Shown: positions 62,567 through 64,000 of the stretch, in pieces
Numbering within the stretch: position 1 is the stretch's first letter
How the letters are laid out: the number at the start of each line of letters is the position of its first letter
NCBI GenBank assembly: GCA_963765765.1
Contig: CAVXYC010000023.1
Coordinates: 64,001 to 128,000 of the forward strand
Length of the DNA: 64,000 bases
Direction of reading: 5' to 3'
DNA from: an uncultured Chloroflexia bacterium
Lineage (GTDB): Bacteria > Chloroflexota > UBA6077 > JACCZL01
Notes under the pieces: generated by a model
What the model saw: the letters and a program-made list of their open reading frames with translations, nothing else
What the model was told of the DNA's origin: nothing
The model's database searches: none
Position numbers and translations under genes: made by a program

Positions 62567-64000
62567 ATGGATACCTTCGGGCAGACAATCCAGATTATGG
62601 CCGAGCTGCTCACCGAACCCGGTGTACTGGTTCGTGCTCATCATGACGGTGCTCATCACCGGGCCACTGGGCATGATCCCGGGCGTTGGCAGCACCACGG
62701 TCATTGCTATCTCCTTGCCGTTCCTGGTGTTGAACGTCGACCCGGTGATCGGGATGGTGTTCGTGGCAGGCCTGCTCTCGCTCGGGAACACCATGGATAT
62801 CATCCCGGCGGTGTTGCTCGGGTATCCCAGCGTCGCCACGGCGGTGGATTTCCTGGAAGGGCACCAGCTTGCGCGACGAGGGCTCGGCGCGCGCGTGCTG
62901 GGCGCCAGCTATGCCGTGTCCATGTTTGGCGGGCTCATTGGGGCGCTAGCCATGGCGTTCGCGCTACCGCTGATGAGGCCGTTCATCACCAGCTTCTCCT
63001 ATGCGGAGATCGCGGCCCTGGCGTTGTTCGGCGTGGCCATGGTGGCCGTTCTTGCGCGTGGCGCCGTCTTCAAGGCCCTCGGCGCGGCGATGATCGGACT
63101 GCTGCTGGCAACGATCGGCTCCACTCCCACGAGCGCGGTCGATCGATTCACCCTCGGTCAGCTCTATCTTGTGGACGGACTTCCTCTAATTCCGACGATT
63201 CTTGGGATCTTTGCTCTTCCCGAGATCGTCGACCTGGCGATGAGTAAGTCCGCCGTGGCCCAGGCCGGGATCGGTGTCCAACCGTGAAGTCTGGATCGGT
63301 TTCAAGGAGGGTCTCCAGCGCTGGCGCACGATTCCGCGACAGAGCCTTTTTGGCGTTTTTATGGGCGCCATCCCGGGCATCGGCGGTGCGGCCATTGAGT
63401 GGCTCTCATACGCCCTCGGTATCGCGTTCTCCAAGGACAAGTCGCAGTTTGGCAAGGGCAGCATGGATGGCATTCTCTTCACGGAGTCTGCCCAGAGCGC
63501 CAAAGAAGCGGGGCAAGCTATCCCGACTCTGGCCTTCGGCATCCCTGGTGGCTCGGGCTGGGCGCTCTGCCTCGCGGCAATGATTGCCTACGGCATCGCT
63601 CCAGGGCTGGGCATGCTGGGTCAGAACTTGGATATCACCATGGGCATCGTTTTGACCATTGGCCTGGGTAACCTGCTGGGTACGATCCTCGCCCTGTTCA
63701 TCACCGGCCAGGTCGCGCGGCTGACCTTGATCCCATACCAGTTTGTTGCCGGGATGATTCTGCCGCTCATGTTCCTGAGCGCCGTGCAAGCCCGCTCGCA
63801 CTGGGGTGACATCGTGGCCCTGCTGAGCATGGGCGCACTCGGCATGGCGATGAAGTGGTTCGGCTGGCCGCGTCCACCGCTGATTCTCGCGTTCGTGCTC
63901 GGGAGGGCCCTGGAGCAGAATCTCTGGACGGCAATCAGTATCGGCGGTCCACTAATCTTCGTCACCCGCCCGTACGCCCTGACGATCATTATCCTGGCCG
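62567..64000 (+). CDS. Tripartite tricarboxylate transporter permease TctA-like (frameshifts at about 62620 and 63280; runs off the window)
   Basis: GMIPGVG, IPAVLLGYP, GAIPGIGG, FGKGSMDG, IPTLAFGIPG, GWPRPPLILAFVLG. Confidence 0.85.

Overview
GC-rich bacterial chromosomal segment. The gene content (Pro/Ala-rich lipoprotein solute-binding proteins, F420-dependent LLM/DDN enzymes, TctC/TctA, heptamer and palindromic intergenic repeats) suggests Chloroflexota or a similar uncultured lineage; this is an inference. Most of the window is accessory metabolism: dispersed aromatic-catabolism-type enzymes, a HAD+GH65 pair, an alpha-glucoside-type ABC importer, hydrolases, MFS transporters, and DNA-repair genes (UdgX, stand-alone LigD polymerase). 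About 16 genes are broken by small frameshifts, most likely long-read consensus errors. The most notable items are: (1) an AT-richer cassette at about 41.0-45.3 kb encoding a restriction-endonuclease-like N-terminus plus a NACHT/STAND NTPase (candidate NLR-like anti-phage protein); it has no integrase and lies between two diverged direct copies of a 'DDN gene + MFS tail' block; (2) a translationally coupled pair of an ABC exporter with a C-terminal cNMP-binding domain and an ATP-grasp ligase-SET methyltransferase fusion; (3) a 111-bp palindromic element sitting in frame inside the 3' end of that exporter; (4) an internally deleted IS630, a truncated ISKra4/ISLre2-like element and several REP/MITE-like hairpins. 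No rRNA, tRNA or CRISPR array was seen. All family calls come from motif recognition, not database searches.
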